A DNA stretch of 55,508 nucleotides from a virus (IMGVR_UViG_3300050343_000179:1-55508); one strand, 5' to 3'; counted from the first letter of the stretch, positions 24,983 to 36,500 are shown. Notes: a model not told the origin generated them from the sequence alone. Numbers and translations are program-made.

Positions 24983-25312
24983 TCAAGCAGCTCCTACTTT
25001 TGCAGCCACCGTTGGGGTTCCACCGCCGATACTTACTAGTCGGACTCTTGCGTATTTAACAGGGCAGCCATTCAAGGCATAGCCAGTAGTTCCGTTAGCG
25101 GTAATTCTCGTGTCTTCGTTGTCTTGATCTAAATTAAAAAAGCTTACATTATCCAAACTACCTTCAAAGCGCAAGACGAGATTCCCGTTTACACCGCTTA
25201 CAGTTACCTGAAACATCAGGCTGACACCAGGCGTTTGCGCAGAATCGGTTACGCCTACTGAGGTTAGGTCGCTAAATTCATGGACTTCGTAGCCACTTTG
25301 CAAGCCGATCAT
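24983..25312 (-). CDS. small beta-rich virion protein, possible spike base
   Basis: 109 aa, beta-rich (LRFEGSLD), abutting the spike/fibre gene. Confidence 0.55.
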   Translation of the reverse strand: MIGLQSGYEVHEFSDLTSVGVTDSAQTPGVSLMFQVTVSGVNGNLVLRFEGSLDNVSFFNLDQDNEDTRITANGTTGYALNGCPVKYARVRLVSIGGGTPTVAAKVGAA

Positions 25313-25426
25313 TTTCTTCGCAAGTTAAAGCCCAGTGTCTGAATCATAGCGCAAAACCATGTTCTTCTTTACTTCAATGGATCCAGTTTGTCTGCGTCAG
25401 ATTTCAACTGCATCTAGCCTAAGAGG

Positions 25427-26080
25427 TTATGCCTCTTGTATTTTGATCACATACGCAACAGTGTTGTCAGTGTCAGTCGTTGTCCACGAACCCCACGAAT
25501 AGTTCCCGTCAATGTCGATCTGTTTGTATGCTGCGCCAACTGCTCCCTTACTACTGCTAGATTCTGAAATTTTTGTTGAACCGGTCGGAGCTCCCATCGT
25601 TGTAAAGTCATCATCAAGAAAAGCCAGAAGAAGGGCGAGGTCATCTTCATCAAAAGCGATTGAAGTATTGTTGTGACTGGGTGTGTTGCTGGTTGTGTTA
25701 GTCGCCTCGACGGATAAGTTATAGCTCGAAGTGGAACCAGAGCGTCTGAAACGCATGACAACCCCATAATCAGTATTATTATCGTCTATTTCAAATGAGA
25801 GGTTGCTAGGCGGATCTGAGATAACTCCATAGTAAATTGCTACGCCAATACTATTATTCTCGCCTCTCACGAGTTCTGTTGTAGTAATACTGGAGCTTGT
25901 CAGTCCTGGGGTATCAGTATCATCTCCAAATGCAAAAACTATTAAGTCGTTAGCTGCAAAGTTAGATGATGGGACCAAGTAACTATTATTGTTATCAGGT
26001 GTCCAAGCGACAAGGTTTGAGACTTCCCAGTTTACTGGAGAAGAAGAATAACCGCCAATTAGTGCTTGATGAATGCCCAT
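25427..26080 (-). CDS. fibre-associated protein, 217 aa
   Basis: TAATG-coupled to the long fibre gene; Ser/Thr/Asp-rich. Confidence 0.65.
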   Translation of the reverse strand: MGIHQALIGGYSSSPVNWEVSNLVAWTPDNNNSYLVPSSNFAANDLIVFAFGDDTDTPGLTSSSITTTELVRGENNSIGVAIYYGVISDPPSNLSFEIDDNNTDYGVVMRFRRSGSTSSYNLSVEATNTTSNTPSHNNTSIAFDEDDLALLLAFLDDDFTTMGAPTGSTKISESSSSKGAVGAAYKQIDIDGNYSWGSWTTTDTDNTVAYVIKIQEA

Positions 26081-29000
26081 TAGCTTAACCCCGCGCCTGA
26101 AATAACAAATTCATTTGATCCGACGCATAACACTGTACAAAGTCCATATTGGGCCAAAGTTCGATTCCCAATTGCTGCAGATCCGGCAAACCTCAAAGTA
26201 ACGCTAGAACCCTGCGTAATTGTTTGATCGCTGCCGCTGTCGTTATAGATAGAGACCACATTGCCAGCACTGAAAACACCGCTTGGAACAGTCACCCCGC
26301 CGGTTGTTGTATTGATGTGTTTGCCGTTATCCCCTGCGACAAGCGTATATGCGCTCGTTTGGCTGTTTTGTGGAATGTCACTTGGCCCGTCCGCTCCATC
26401 CGCTCCTGGTGCCCCTGTCGCTCCTGGCACCCCGTCAAGCCGTACAATTTGAATGGTTGAATTATTGACTACATAAGTTGCATTACCTGATACTGTATTT
26501 ATTTTCTTCAGCTGAAATCTAATCAAGTCATCAGAGTCTGTTGTGGTGACAACTCTTGTGATCGTAATATATGTGTGATTTGATCCACTATTTGATCGTA
26601 TGTAGCCACCTTTCACGCTTCCTAGCTCGCCGAATGCGCTGCTACCGTTAGGTGCTTGCCCAATATTTAATTCACCTGTCCATCTGTAGTTGCCTGTTGT
26701 TCCAGTTATAACAACGGTGCAAGTCGCTAGATAAGTGCCAGCAGCTGAAAGCGTTATTTCACCGGCAGAGTTACTGAAAAAACCGCTTGGCGTTCCAACA
26801 GCCGTTGCGACATTTACCGTGGTGTAGCTGGTAGAGTCTGCGCCTAAGGCAGTGGCAGGCCCTGTGTAGATAGCGGTGCCAAACGAACCCGAACCTTGAG
26901 CAGCAAAAGTTCCATCCGCCCGTAAGAAATTGGCCGTGCCACCACCACTAGCAGGAACCAGCCCAGCGTTAGCTGAACTCATCAATGGCAGAGTTGTATT
27001 CGTGCCTGTGCTGCTAGTTAGAACCCGCGTTGCGTCTGTATAGCTCAGGTTTGTGTCTACGTTGACCTCTGCCCCAGCCTGAATACCTGCAAGCTTTGTT
27101 ATGTCGCCTGCCGTAGTGTATTTATTTGTAGTCGAAGCGTCTGATATGTCATCAGCGTCTAAAACAACCGCGCCAGTTTGAGTGTTGACGCTATCGACAG
27201 CCCCGCCACCTGCTGGAGCCGCAAAAGTGCCATCCGCACGTAAGAAATTCGTGGTTCCGCCACCGGAAGCAGGGACTAAGCCTGCGTCCCCGGTGCTCAT
27301 CAGCGGCAATGTTGCGTCCGTTCCAGTGCTGCTTGCAATGACCCGCGTGGAAGCCGTGTAGCTCAGATCTGTGTTGCCTGATCCGCCAGACTGAACCACC
27401 CAGTCGTAATCCGTGCCAGTCCAGCTCAGCACCTCTCCATTTGATGCGGTTGAAGTGTTTAGATGCGTGTCTACGTCTGAATCTGTATATGCAGTCGGGA
27501 TCGTTGGCTTGTTTTGAATGAACGCATCTGAACCGCTGTTTGTTTCGTTCCAATTCGCCTGAACGTTGACTTCAGCTCCAGAAGCAATCCCGCTTAACTT
27601 GGTCTGCTCTGCGTCAGTAAATGCGTTGGTATCTGCATTTGACTCGTATGCTGTTTTGATTTCCGACGCCGACTGATCCGCTGTTGCTCCTGCTTCTATT
27701 CCTGTAAGTTTCGTTTTTTCCGCATCGGTAAATGCGTTCGTATCAGCGTTGTTTTCGTATGCAGTCTTGATTTCGGTGTCCGTCTGGTCCGCTGTTGCTC
27801 CAGATTCAATCCCCGAAAGTTTTGAGATCTCCGCTGCTGTTGTGTATTTATTAGTGGTGCTGGTGTCTGAGATGTCATCCGCATCTAAAGTAACCGTTCC
27901 TGTGAGCCCATTTACGCTTAATACATCTGAAGCCGGATAACTAAGCGCGGTCCAGCTACCGATTTGCGCAGGGTCGCTTCCGGTGATGACGTAAACCTTG
28001 CCCTCATCGCTTCTTACCACCCAGTCGCCCAATTCACCCGTAATCGCCAGCATTGCGGCCTGACTTGCAACCGTACCTTTGAACTCGGTAATAGCGAGAT
28101 CAGGAAGCTCCGAAACAGCCAGCTTTCCGCCAACTAAATTTGCCTTTCCTGCAAGGTTGGTTGAAAGATTGTCGAGTTGCGTTTTGTCAGAGCCTGTAAG
28201 CAGTCCAGCGTCTCCAGCTGCTACAGCAAGCGGAATAGTTGCATCGGCTCCAGTAGATGAACTGAGTATGCGAGTGTTATTTGCATAGCTCAAGTTAGTG
28301 GCAACGTTTACCTGAGCGCCAGCCTCTACGCCTGAGAGCTTGGTTTGTTCTGCATCAGTAAAAGCATTCGTGTCCGAATTAGATTCATACGCAGTTTTAA
28401 TCTCAGACGCAGTTTGATCTGCAGTCGCTCCAGACTCAATACCTGTGAGTTTGGTTTGTTCGGCGTCGGTAAATACGTTGGTGTCTGAATTAGACTCATA
28501 CGCAGTTTTAATCTCAGCCGCTGTTTGGTCCTGTGTTGCGTTTGCTTCAATGCCAGACAGTTTTGATTGCTCGGTATCGGTAAAAGCATTTGTATCTGCA
28601 TTGTTTTCGTATGCGACCTTAATTTCAGCATCCGTTTGATCTGCTGTCGCACCAGCCTCGATACCTGCAAGCTTGGTTGATTCAGCGGTCAAATAACCCT
28701 GGTAACCAGTGTCGTACCCAAGGTCAAGAGTCCCTGAGCCTGTAATTGGTCCGCCAGTTGACGTGAACCCTGTTGGCGCACTTAAATCAACAGACTGAAC
28801 AGTAGTGCTGTCAACGTAAGCTTTTACTGCGCTTTGAGTTGGCACAGTGTTTCCGTCCGCTGCTCCAGTTGAAGCAATCAACGAAGTGTTAGCACTAATC
28901 TCTTTTAGTTGAACGCCAACAGTGCTAAATCCTCCATTGCGAGAAAATGGCCCAATGAAATTCAGGCCAGAAATGTTGAACTGACTTGTGTTAATAGTTG

Positions 29001-31062
29001 CTTCGCCAGTAGTGCCATCAATACTGAACGTTCCGTCGCCAATCTCAAAGTCGCCCTTTTCGTTGATTGTTGCGCCAAATACCCTGCCGTTATTTAACTC
29101 AACGCGCTGATTAGCAGGAATCGGAACACCTCCGTTCCACGGCAGAGCATCGTAATTGGTCCCTGCCCCGACAAATTCCATCGTGTGCAGAGCACAAGAG
29201 ATTTGCGAACGAAGGCGGAAGTCAAGTTGTTGACCTACTGAGATCGGAGTGCGAAGACCACCGTTTACGGTGTTAAAAAAGTTCAGCCGATAGCCAGCAA
29301 GACTGGGGCTGTCTGCTGCGACAACATTGCCGCTTGCGTCAATCGGAACGCTACCTGTAATGATGTATGCGCCTTGTATTGGGCAAATAAAGTCAAGCCC
29401 AGACAAAACAGCAGAATCACCTGTGTTCGGCGTGTATCCAGTTGCGCTGAGAGTTGTAATGCCAGTCGTATAATCGTAGCTCGCAGAAGAAATGTTATAA
29501 GTGTTTCCGCTAATCGTTACTGTTCCGCCAGAAACGTACTCATGCGCATAAGAAAAAGAGTTCAACACGACTGTGAAGCTGTTACCAACCCCGGCAGTAA
29601 CGCCAACCGCATTTCCTGCCGAACCTGGCTGGCCAGCTGAAGGAAATGTTTGCCTGGGGAACATTAACTGACCAGGGTTAGGCCGTGACAAGGTGCCGAT
29701 TCGATTAGATGTGAGGCTTATGACTTCAGCTGTCAGTTCGCCTTGCCTTGTAAATTGATAGGTGCCAGACGCTGAACCAGTAATATCAACCGAAGCGCCT
29801 CCTTGGGTAAGGCTTACCTTGAAGTTGTTAGATGTCAGCCCAGATGAAATTACAAAATAAGTTGTGGCTTCTGCTAGACCTGCTGGCAGGGTTCCATCAG
29901 TCGCATTAAAAGTTAGCTGGTCATTTACTGCTAATGGATGCGCGTTTACCGTCGTAAAGGTGTCTGTATTTACATCAATTGTGACAGCAGCTTCCGCCCT
30001 GTCTGCTCCGTAGGACGCAATGCGAGCAGCCCCTGTGAAGTTAGGCAAGCGGCTGTATCCATCAGCGACTAAGCCTTGATCGCCAAAATCAGTCGTTCCA
30101 CCGCCGCTTAAGTTAGCCTGACCACCGGACTCTGCTTTAACATGAAACGTGCAAAATGTACCAAAAAATGATACTAATTGCGCGTATCCGTCAGACTTAA
30201 CTGAGCATCCAGGACCGCCTAAATTTACCTGCGTATAGCTATCCACCACCATTGAGCGAATAGGACTATTCGCCGCACACTTGTCACCATCAACTTCAAT
30301 GCCGCCGCCAGTATCACCAACAGAAACAGATCCAGCATTACCCGCATCATCTTCTGCCGTAATTGACGAGCAGTTTTGAATGTACGGAGACTTAAGGATG
30401 AACGCACCTAAGCCGCTTGCATTTAGTGGCGCAGCTGTGTTGTCCGCTTGTTCGTCGAACGAAATGGCCCATGACTGCTGGTTATTAGCAAGATCAGCCT
30501 GATGCCCAGCAAACTCAAGGCCCCACACCCAGAACCCGCTATCAACCTTGAAGAATCCGTTCATCTCCTGCCCCGCAGCAGGCTGAATCTTCACTTGACG
30601 AAGGGACTTCGCGAAAATTCCAACGTCCCTTGGAACGCGAAGCGGTAAAGACGCTTCCACGTAAGTTCCAGGGGCAACCTCGATTACGTCGCCAGGTTCT
30701 GCAGCCGCAATTGCAGCCGCAAACGTCAGCAGCGGTTCTTCTGGTGAGGTGCCGTTATTGCTGTCATTGGCTTTTGCATCTTTGCTGATATAGATTCGGC
30801 GGCTATCGCGTGCGCGTTTTGCTATTAATTCTTCAATAGTTATCTTCTTAGCTACACTGTTCGCCGTGTCGTAAATCGGCAGTAAATCAGAATTTACTGG
30901 ACTTGTGTAGAAATCAAGATCTGAAAAATCATAAAACGGCCCTTGCGGCCCTTGGGTTTGGACCTCGACAATCTTGCCCGTAGCATCAGTGACTTCAACA
31001 ATTTTGTTGGTGCCAGCACTAATTTCAACGATTGAAACGTTACATCCAGAGTCGCTGCTCAT
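26080..31062 (-). CDS. long tail fibre/adhesin, 1660 aa
   Basis: YISKD..DSNNG..PLLT beta-helix entry, 37-aa KLxGIE repeats, short collagen-like stretch. Confidence 0.85.
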   Translation of the reverse strand: MSSDSGCNVSIVEISAGTNKIVEVTDATGKIVEVQTQGPQGPFYDFSDLDFYTSPVNSDLLPIYDTANSVAKKITIEELIAKRARDSRRIYISKDAKANDSNNGTSPEEPLLTFAAAIAAAEPGDVIEVAPGTYVEASLPLRVPRDVGIFAKSLRQVKIQPAAGQEMNGFFKVDSGFWVWGLEFAGHQADLANNQQSWAISFDEQADNTAAPLNASGLGAFILKSPYIQNCSSITAEDDAGNAGSVSVGDTGGGIEVDGDKCAANSPIRSMVVDSYTQVNLGGPGCSVKSDGYAQLVSFFGTFCTFHVKAESGGQANLSGGGTTDFGDQGLVADGYSRLPNFTGAARIASYGADRAEAAVTIDVNTDTFTTVNAHPLAVNDQLTFNATDGTLPAGLAEATTYFVISSGLTSNNFKVSLTQGGASVDITGSASGTYQFTRQGELTAEVISLTSNRIGTLSRPNPGQLMFPRQTFPSAGQPGSAGNAVGVTAGVGNSFTVVLNSFSYAHEYVSGGTVTISGNTYNISSASYDYTTGITTLSATGYTPNTGDSAVLSGLDFICPIQGAYIITGSVPIDASGNVVAADSPSLAGYRLNFFNTVNGGLRTPISVGQQLDFRLRSQISCALHTMEFVGAGTNYDALPWNGGVPIPANQRVELNNGRVFGATINEKGDFEIGDGTFSIDGTTGEATINTSQFNISGLNFIGPFSRNGGFSTVGVQLKEISANTSLIASTGAADGNTVPTQSAVKAYVDSTTVQSVDLSAPTGFTSTGGPITGSGTLDLGYDTGYQGYLTAESTKLAGIEAGATADQTDAEIKVAYENNADTNAFTDTEQSKLSGIEANATQDQTAAEIKTAYESNSDTNVFTDAEQTKLTGIESGATADQTASEIKTAYESNSDTNAFTDAEQTKLSGVEAGAQVNVATNLSYANNTRILSSSTGADATIPLAVAAGDAGLLTGSDKTQLDNLSTNLAGKANLVGGKLAVSELPDLAITEFKGTVASQAAMLAITGELGDWVVRSDEGKVYVITGSDPAQIGSWTALSYPASDVLSVNGLTGTVTLDADDISDTSTTNKYTTAAEISKLSGIESGATADQTDTEIKTAYENNADTNAFTDAEKTKLTGIEAGATADQSASEIKTAYESNADTNAFTDAEQTKLSGIASGAEVNVQANWNETNSGSDAFIQNKPTIPTAYTDSDVDTHLNTSTASNGEVLSWTGTDYDWVVQSGGSGNTDLSYTASTRVIASSTGTDATLPLMSTGDAGLVPASGGGTTNFLRADGTFAAPAGGGAVDSVNTQTGAVVLDADDISDASTTNKYTTAGDITKLAGIQAGAEVNVDTNLSYTDATRVLTSSTGTNTTLPLMSSANAGLVPASGGGTANFLRADGTFAAQGSGSFGTAIYTGPATALGADSTSYTTVNVATAVGTPSGFFSNSAGEITLSAAGTYLATCTVVITGTTGNYRWTGELNIGQAPNGSSAFGELGSVKGGYIRSNSGSNHTYITITRVVTTTDSDDLIRFQLKKINTVSGNATYVVNNSTIQIVRLDGVPGATGAPGADGADGPSDIPQNSQTSAYTLVAGDNGKHINTTTGGVTVPSGVFSAGNVVSIYNDSGSDQTITQGSSVTLRFAGSAAIGNRTLAQYGLCTVLCVGSNEFVISGAGLS

Positions 31063-31397
31063 GCCGTGTAACCTTCCTGAACAAGAACACTTCCTGCCAC
31101 ATAATACTCCTTTAATCCGTCCGGGTTGGTCAAAAGCACGTCATAGCTTGACCCGGTAGGAATCAGCTGTGACTGATCATCTGTTAAAAGTATCTTAAAT
31201 TTGCCATTTGGCTTATCAAGATATTCCACAGTAAAATCAACATATTTTTTGGTTCTTTTCGTATTCCACGCCTCAGCCTCAGCAGTCCAGCCTGTCAGGT
31301 CGACAGGCGTGCTGTTGCTGTCTTTTATCTGAAAAGTCAAATCAAAATCTGACCTGCGCCTAAGCGTAATGTCGTACTTGCCTGGAAGTATTGCCAT
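31059..31397 (-). CDS. fibre attachment protein (BppU-N/LtfC-like)
   Basis: PVDLTGWT...YDVLLT...YYVAG pattern, directly upstream of the fibre. Confidence 0.65.
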   Translation of the reverse strand: MAILPGKYDITLRRRSDFDLTFQIKDSNSTPVDLTGWTAEAEAWNTKRTKKYVDFTVEYLDKPNGKFKILLTDDQSQLIPTGSSYDVLLTNPDGLKEYYVAGSVLVQEGYTA

Positions 31398-31421
31398 GGC
31401 ATTTCTTGTGGACTTGTTGTT

Positions 31422-31550
31422 TTATTTTAGCGGGTCTGGCTTTCCGCTCAATATGGTCACCGCTCGCTTGTAAAACATGCAGTCAGTTTTGCCTGCTTTT
31501 TCAAGGGCGGCTTTTACCTTTCGCCAATTCTCGTAAGTGTGTGAGTTCAT
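31422..31550 (-). CDS. hypothetical protein, 42 aa (not in ORF track)
   Basis: MNSHTYENWRKVKAALEKAGKTDCMFYKRAVTILSGKPDPLK; TAATG-coupled. Confidence 0.7.
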   Translation of the reverse strand: MNSHTYENWRKVKAALEKAGKTDCMFYKRAVTILSGKPDPLK

Positions 31551-31798
31551 TACTCCTCTTCGACAGGTGTGAGTGACGCTTGATGCGCAGCAACAACATC
31601 CGAAGTCCAGACTGCTGCAGCTACGTCTTGAACCTCTTGCACTTCACCGGAGACATCATCACCGGGTTGGAAGACGGAACGGTGATAGGACCGACCTACT
31701 TCAACATCATCCTTGAGGACGATATCAGCACGACGAACACCAATGGATAGGTCTTCGTTTACTTCAATCTTGTAAGCTTGCTTTTCCGTGAAAGCCAT
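31550..31798 (-). CDS. putative tail fibre chaperone, 82 aa
   Basis: YHR...PGDDVSGE...AVWT; follows a fibre gene. Confidence 0.65.
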   Translation of the reverse strand: MAFTEKQAYKIEVNEDLSIGVRRADIVLKDDVEVGRSYHRSVFQPGDDVSGEVQEVQDVAAAVWTSDVVAAHQASLTPVEEE

Positions 31799-31874
31799 TT
31801 TAGGAACCCACGACTGTGGGAGACAGGTTTAATAGTTTTCGTAGTTTATGGACAGTTGCGGTCTGTTGATTTGA

Positions 31875-33221
31875 TTAATTTGTGTAATAAGATACAGATC
31901 CTCTGAAAGATTTAGTGCCAGTATATCCAGAAGGAGGCTCACCCCTAAGAGTTGTACCAGAAATAACAAAATTAAAAGTATTAGCTTCTAGAGTTGTACT
32001 ACTTACAAGACATCCACCACCTTGATTGAAAGAAGCAGGAGCAAAAGGCAGGCTAAGTCTAACTTTCTGATTTGAAACACTGTAATCAATATCAGCTTGA
32101 AAAATCAAAGTGACTAATTTACCAACTTTGACATACTGTGAACTATAAAGAGTTACAGCAGTTTGAGAAGAGCCATCATCTGCGGTAATGGTTGCAGTCC
32201 AAGTTCCCTCTTCATATTCATCAATCGTGTTAGCAGCAGCAGTGCCGCCGATTGATACGGAGCCTGCAAACGTAGCCGAGCCATCATAATTCAATTTTGT
32301 AACTTCACTTCCGTTATATTTAAGATTAATGGCAACTCTGCTACTACCACCCGCTGTGTTGTCTGAGCCTAAAGTAAATGACGCAAAACCTGTATTTTGC
32401 TGTAACTTTCCTTCTGAATTAGTACCCAGTGCAGATGTCGCGAATCGTCTAGCTTGTACTGTTGAACTGCTCTGAGTACCGCCTGTAAGTGTGACATTAT
32501 TAGCAAACTCAGCCGCTCCTGTGCTGTAAATAAGGACGTTTCTAGTAGTACCGTTATAACCTTGTATTATTGTGCCGTTGTTACCTCCAGATCGTTGAAT
32601 TACGATGCCACCGTTATTTTTAAGTAAGCTTCCGTCGCCGGTACTTTGATTTGTATTAAGAGTGCCTTGAGTAATACCACCAGCAAACGTAGCCGAGCCG
32701 TCACCATTGAGGGAGAAAGTTCTGACGTTTCCATTGTACCCAGAAACATATCTGCTACTAGAAGTGGCACCCGCTGGACGTTGTACTAATACGTTGCCTG
32801 CGTTACTTAAAGTAACACCTGCCTTATCAGTAGCAGTTGTAGAGGCTTCACCTGCTTCAACAGAGCCAGCAAACTCAGCCGTGCCATTAGCATTCAGCGA
32901 AATATTCGGCGAGGCAGGTAACGTTCCGCCGATTGATACGGAGTTAGAGAACTGAGCCGAGCCACTGCCGTTAACAAGCAGGCGCTGAGTACCATTAGTT
33001 GTAATTGCAATCTCATTAACTCCAGGCTGATAAATACCCGTATTATTGTCGCCATCAAAACTAAGCGAAGGCGCAGCAGCACTACCCGTTCCAGCATTCT
33101 CCAGCAGATCCGCAATGCTGACTTTCTTGGTCAGATTACCGCCAACGTCAACAATCGGAAGCACATCGGTACTAACCGGATCTGTGTAAGCAGCCAGATC
33201 AGTAATTTTGATGTCAGCCAT
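31875..33221 (-). CDS. tail fibre protein, 448 aa
   Basis: KITDL N-terminus, GSAAAPSLSFDGD, repeated GSATFAG, and ANTIDEYEEGTWT/YVKVGKLV tip. Confidence 0.85.
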   Translation of the reverse strand: MADIKITDLAAYTDPVSTDVLPIVDVGGNLTKKVSIADLLENAGTGSAAAPSLSFDGDNNTGIYQPGVNEIAITTNGTQRLLVNGSGSAQFSNSVSIGGTLPASPNISLNANGTAEFAGSVEAGEASTTATDKAGVTLSNAGNVLVQRPAGATSSSRYVSGYNGNVRTFSLNGDGSATFAGGITQGTLNTNQSTGDGSLLKNNGGIVIQRSGGNNGTIIQGYNGTTRNVLIYSTGAAEFANNVTLTGGTQSSSTVQARRFATSALGTNSEGKLQQNTGFASFTLGSDNTAGGSSRVAINLKYNGSEVTKLNYDGSATFAGSVSIGGTAAANTIDEYEEGTWTATITADDGSSQTAVTLYSSQYVKVGKLVTLIFQADIDYSVSNQKVRLSLPFAPASFNQGGGCLVSSTTLEANTFNFVISGTTLRGEPPSGYTGTKSFRGSVSYYTN

Positions 33222-33309
33222 TCGCTTGCTACGGTGGGTTCTACTGTAAGCCTAGCTCTAGTCAAGCTTTATCGAAAGGACACGGACATTCGCCGTGCCC
33301 CTATTGTAG

Positions 33310-33477
33310 TCAAGCTTCGGTAACTGTTCCGCCAGCAGCAACAAACTCTTCCAGCAAGTCGTGCAGGTAATTGTGAGCTTCATTTAGTGAATCTGGATAG
33401 GTTGCCCATCCAGTGCCATCATCAAACTGTACGCGGATAAGGCCCGTTTGATCAGATTCTGCTGAAACAACTTTCAT
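33310..33477 (-). CDS. small acidic protein, 55 aa, possible chaperone (not in ORF track)
   Basis: MKVVSAESDQTG...LEEFVAAGGTVTEA. Confidence 0.55.
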   Translation of the reverse strand: MKVVSAESDQTGLIRVQFDDGTGWATYPDSLNEAHNYLHDLLEEFVAAGGTVTEA

Positions 33478-33508
33478 AGCGATGCCCCTTACTAAGTCTC
33501 TATTGTAA

Positions 33509-36500
33509 TCAGGCTTTAGTCGTAATTATCAGGCCGTGGGCAGCGTGCTGGTTGATCTCGTTAGAAGCTACACCACCATTAAGCCGCATTTTGTATAAAT
33601 AGTAAATATCGTGCATACCTGAACCCAAAGTCCTTGCCCATTGCGAACCAGCGGTATCATTCATGCCTATCGTTTCACCGTAAAAAGCATCATCTGGTGG
33701 TGATGAAACTGAGTCAATGCCTGGTGCTACATAGCAAAATGAATAATCAGTTGGCCAATTGCTTCCCTGATAATTTGAATAGATGTCCAGGAAAGCCGTT
33801 ACCAGTGTTTCGCTAGCTTGCACAAATGAGCAGCGAGGGGTTGTTGGATAAACACTGGCTGGCACTGTACTCCAGGCTGAACTCACAACACCCCAAGAGT
33901 TGCCAAAGAAGTAACGGCTACTTACGTCATAGAGGTTATACAGGTTTGCGATATACACCCTTGGGTAATTAGCTGAATTTGCGCCTGTAATTACTCCCCC
34001 TAAACTAACAATGCTGTTTCCTGCTGATGTAGTGCGTATCACTCCGATCAGTCGTTTGGTTGCCTCGCCATTTTTAACCAGGATTCCATCTTGATTGCCT
34101 CTTGCAGGCGGTGTTCGGTCACCGGACCACGCCGTATACTCCAACGCAAATGTTCCGTTGAGGGAATCAGTTGGATTTGTGTCGTAGAGATAAACGTCGT
34201 AATTTGTATTGGCTACATTTGCCGTCGCCAAGCTAAACGAAAGTACGCTGCTAAAGCGTCGGACGCGCCACCGCCTGGTGATGTTGTCGTACAACGCAAG
34301 TTCATTTCCGCTGTATGGGTGCAGGTAAACCGTGCTACCGCTTTGATTGCTATCCAGGATTGCGCTGGTGGAGCTAAGACTGATCCGGCAGTTGACTACA
34401 GATTTAACTGCATCCCCCAGCGCTTCAATCAACGTGGCGGGGCTGATTGCTAGGTCATTACGCACAAAAGCTTGAGCTTCTGATGCTGTAGCGAGACGAA
34501 TCACGCCCTCTTGCGTTTGGGTGGAAAGCGGCAATTCAGGTAACGGTCCACCAAATGGCCCCATGCTGATTTTATCTACAGTGGCTAGATAGGGCTTAGA
34601 ACCGCTCTCTTGCCATGTGGGCCTGCCAACGACTTCAGCACTGGTTAGATTTAACTGGGAATTAACAGCTAAATTGTCAACAGAAAGGTTCTCGTAATAG
34701 GTAGGGAAATCAATTGTGTAGTCATCACTTCCTAGCTGATCAACACTTAAAACTGATCCGGTTGCTAGATCTTCTAATCCTCGGTTATTGACAAGGAACC
34801 CCTCTTGGTTAAAACCAGATGCGTAAACTCGTCCGCCGTTTTGATGCGTGAAGTAATAAGTAAAGCGGTTAATGTTGCCCAGCTCTTGCTGGTACTGAGG
34901 CATGGCCTTGGTGTAGTTTAAATAACCGGCCCATTCCCAAGCGTGGCCAAACAATCTAATAATGCTGGGGCGACGGAACTCTAGTGGCCAATTTGCCCAC
35001 GAAGTTGCAGCTCCGCTTGGTGGCGCAATGCCATCTAACTGCGTTCCAGGGTTACGGTCGCGGTCGTCAAATGCTCGTGGCAGCAGAATTGTGTGTGCAT
35101 CGCTGTCGCTAAAACCTATGCTCACAAGAAACGAATGTATCCCCAGGTAATCAGTGGCCGTGCGGTATTGATTAATAATTAGCGGGTCAGTGCTCCATAC
35201 GGTCGCTAAGTCATAGCCACAAGTTACGGATGTCCCACTTCCATCAGTGTCATTGTCAAAAGCAATTTCTGGCTGTGCATTAGGCAGGAAATCTTCGTTG
35301 TTATAAGCCTGTTCCATGTGGACGAATGCTTCTTGCCATTCGCTATCTAGGAATGAGGTATCAGTTGTTTCCTTAACGCACATATAGTGCTTTCCGTTTG
35401 CCGTAGCATTGTCGCCAGGACGGTAATACTGTCCAGCAGTCCACGGTGCCGCAGGATTTTGACGACGTAATACAACACTCGCGGTTCTCTTCACGCCAGC
35501 GCCACTGGCTGGTTCGCCACCGACTTGCAAAACTGTAAGTATTTTGGTGTTTGGGATTCCTGAGGTTGGCGTTTGCGCTACATAATCCCGAACAGGTAAA
35601 CGGCACTGATTATTCGTGTTGTTTAAAATTAAACTGAAGCGTCTTGCCTCGCTAGAACGGTTATCTCGCAAACGGCGGATGTAAACTCTCCGGCCTGCAA
35701 GTGATGGATAGTATTGGCCTGTTGGTACTCCTGAAGGTGCCAAAATAGCTTGACCAGGCTGAATGCCGTCTTCGTTTTCAACGGTCCCCAAGAAATTTAA
35801 CTTGTCAGGATCAGTTACGTCCCAAGTGCTAGCAGGCAGCTGTACTCTGTAGTCAGCGCCTGTAGGATTCTCAATCCATAGCCAAGATCCTTGGCGAAAC
35901 GTGTAATCCCGTTCACGTAAAATATTGGGTTCGCCAGGTGTTACAACACTTTCTTCTAAAGACTCACCCAAGTTGAACCAATTTTGGCTTTGGATTGCAG
36001 CATCGGTTTGACCGTCAGCAACATCACCAACATAGATTTTAACTACGTTTCCTCTTTTTTCTGCGAGGTTGCTTGCAACACGTAAACGTCCCGTCGTCCA
36101 GTCCTGGTCATTATTAAACGCATATGTTCTATAGTCTTCGGATAAAGCCGCACAGCCACCGAAATTACTATTGCTGTTAGTAATAGTCAATTCACCGCCT
36201 GATTGAGTCCAATGGTGAACCCCTTGTCCGATAGCGAATACACTTACCTCTTGAATAACAGCGTTATTAATTGCACGAATATGAAACGATCTGCGGTCGG
36301 GGTTCATCCTGATGTTGTCAGGCGATGCGTTGATATACGTCGTGTAGTTAGCAACTGTTCCCCATGCCCCACTGGAATACAGCTGCCAGCAGCCCATGTC
36401 CTGCTGGAGGGACACAGATGTGAACTGAGCAATCACCATGCTGCGGAAGCCTTCTGGCTTGTTCCCGTTCGCAAAAACACCGCCCATGCCCCACACTGAG

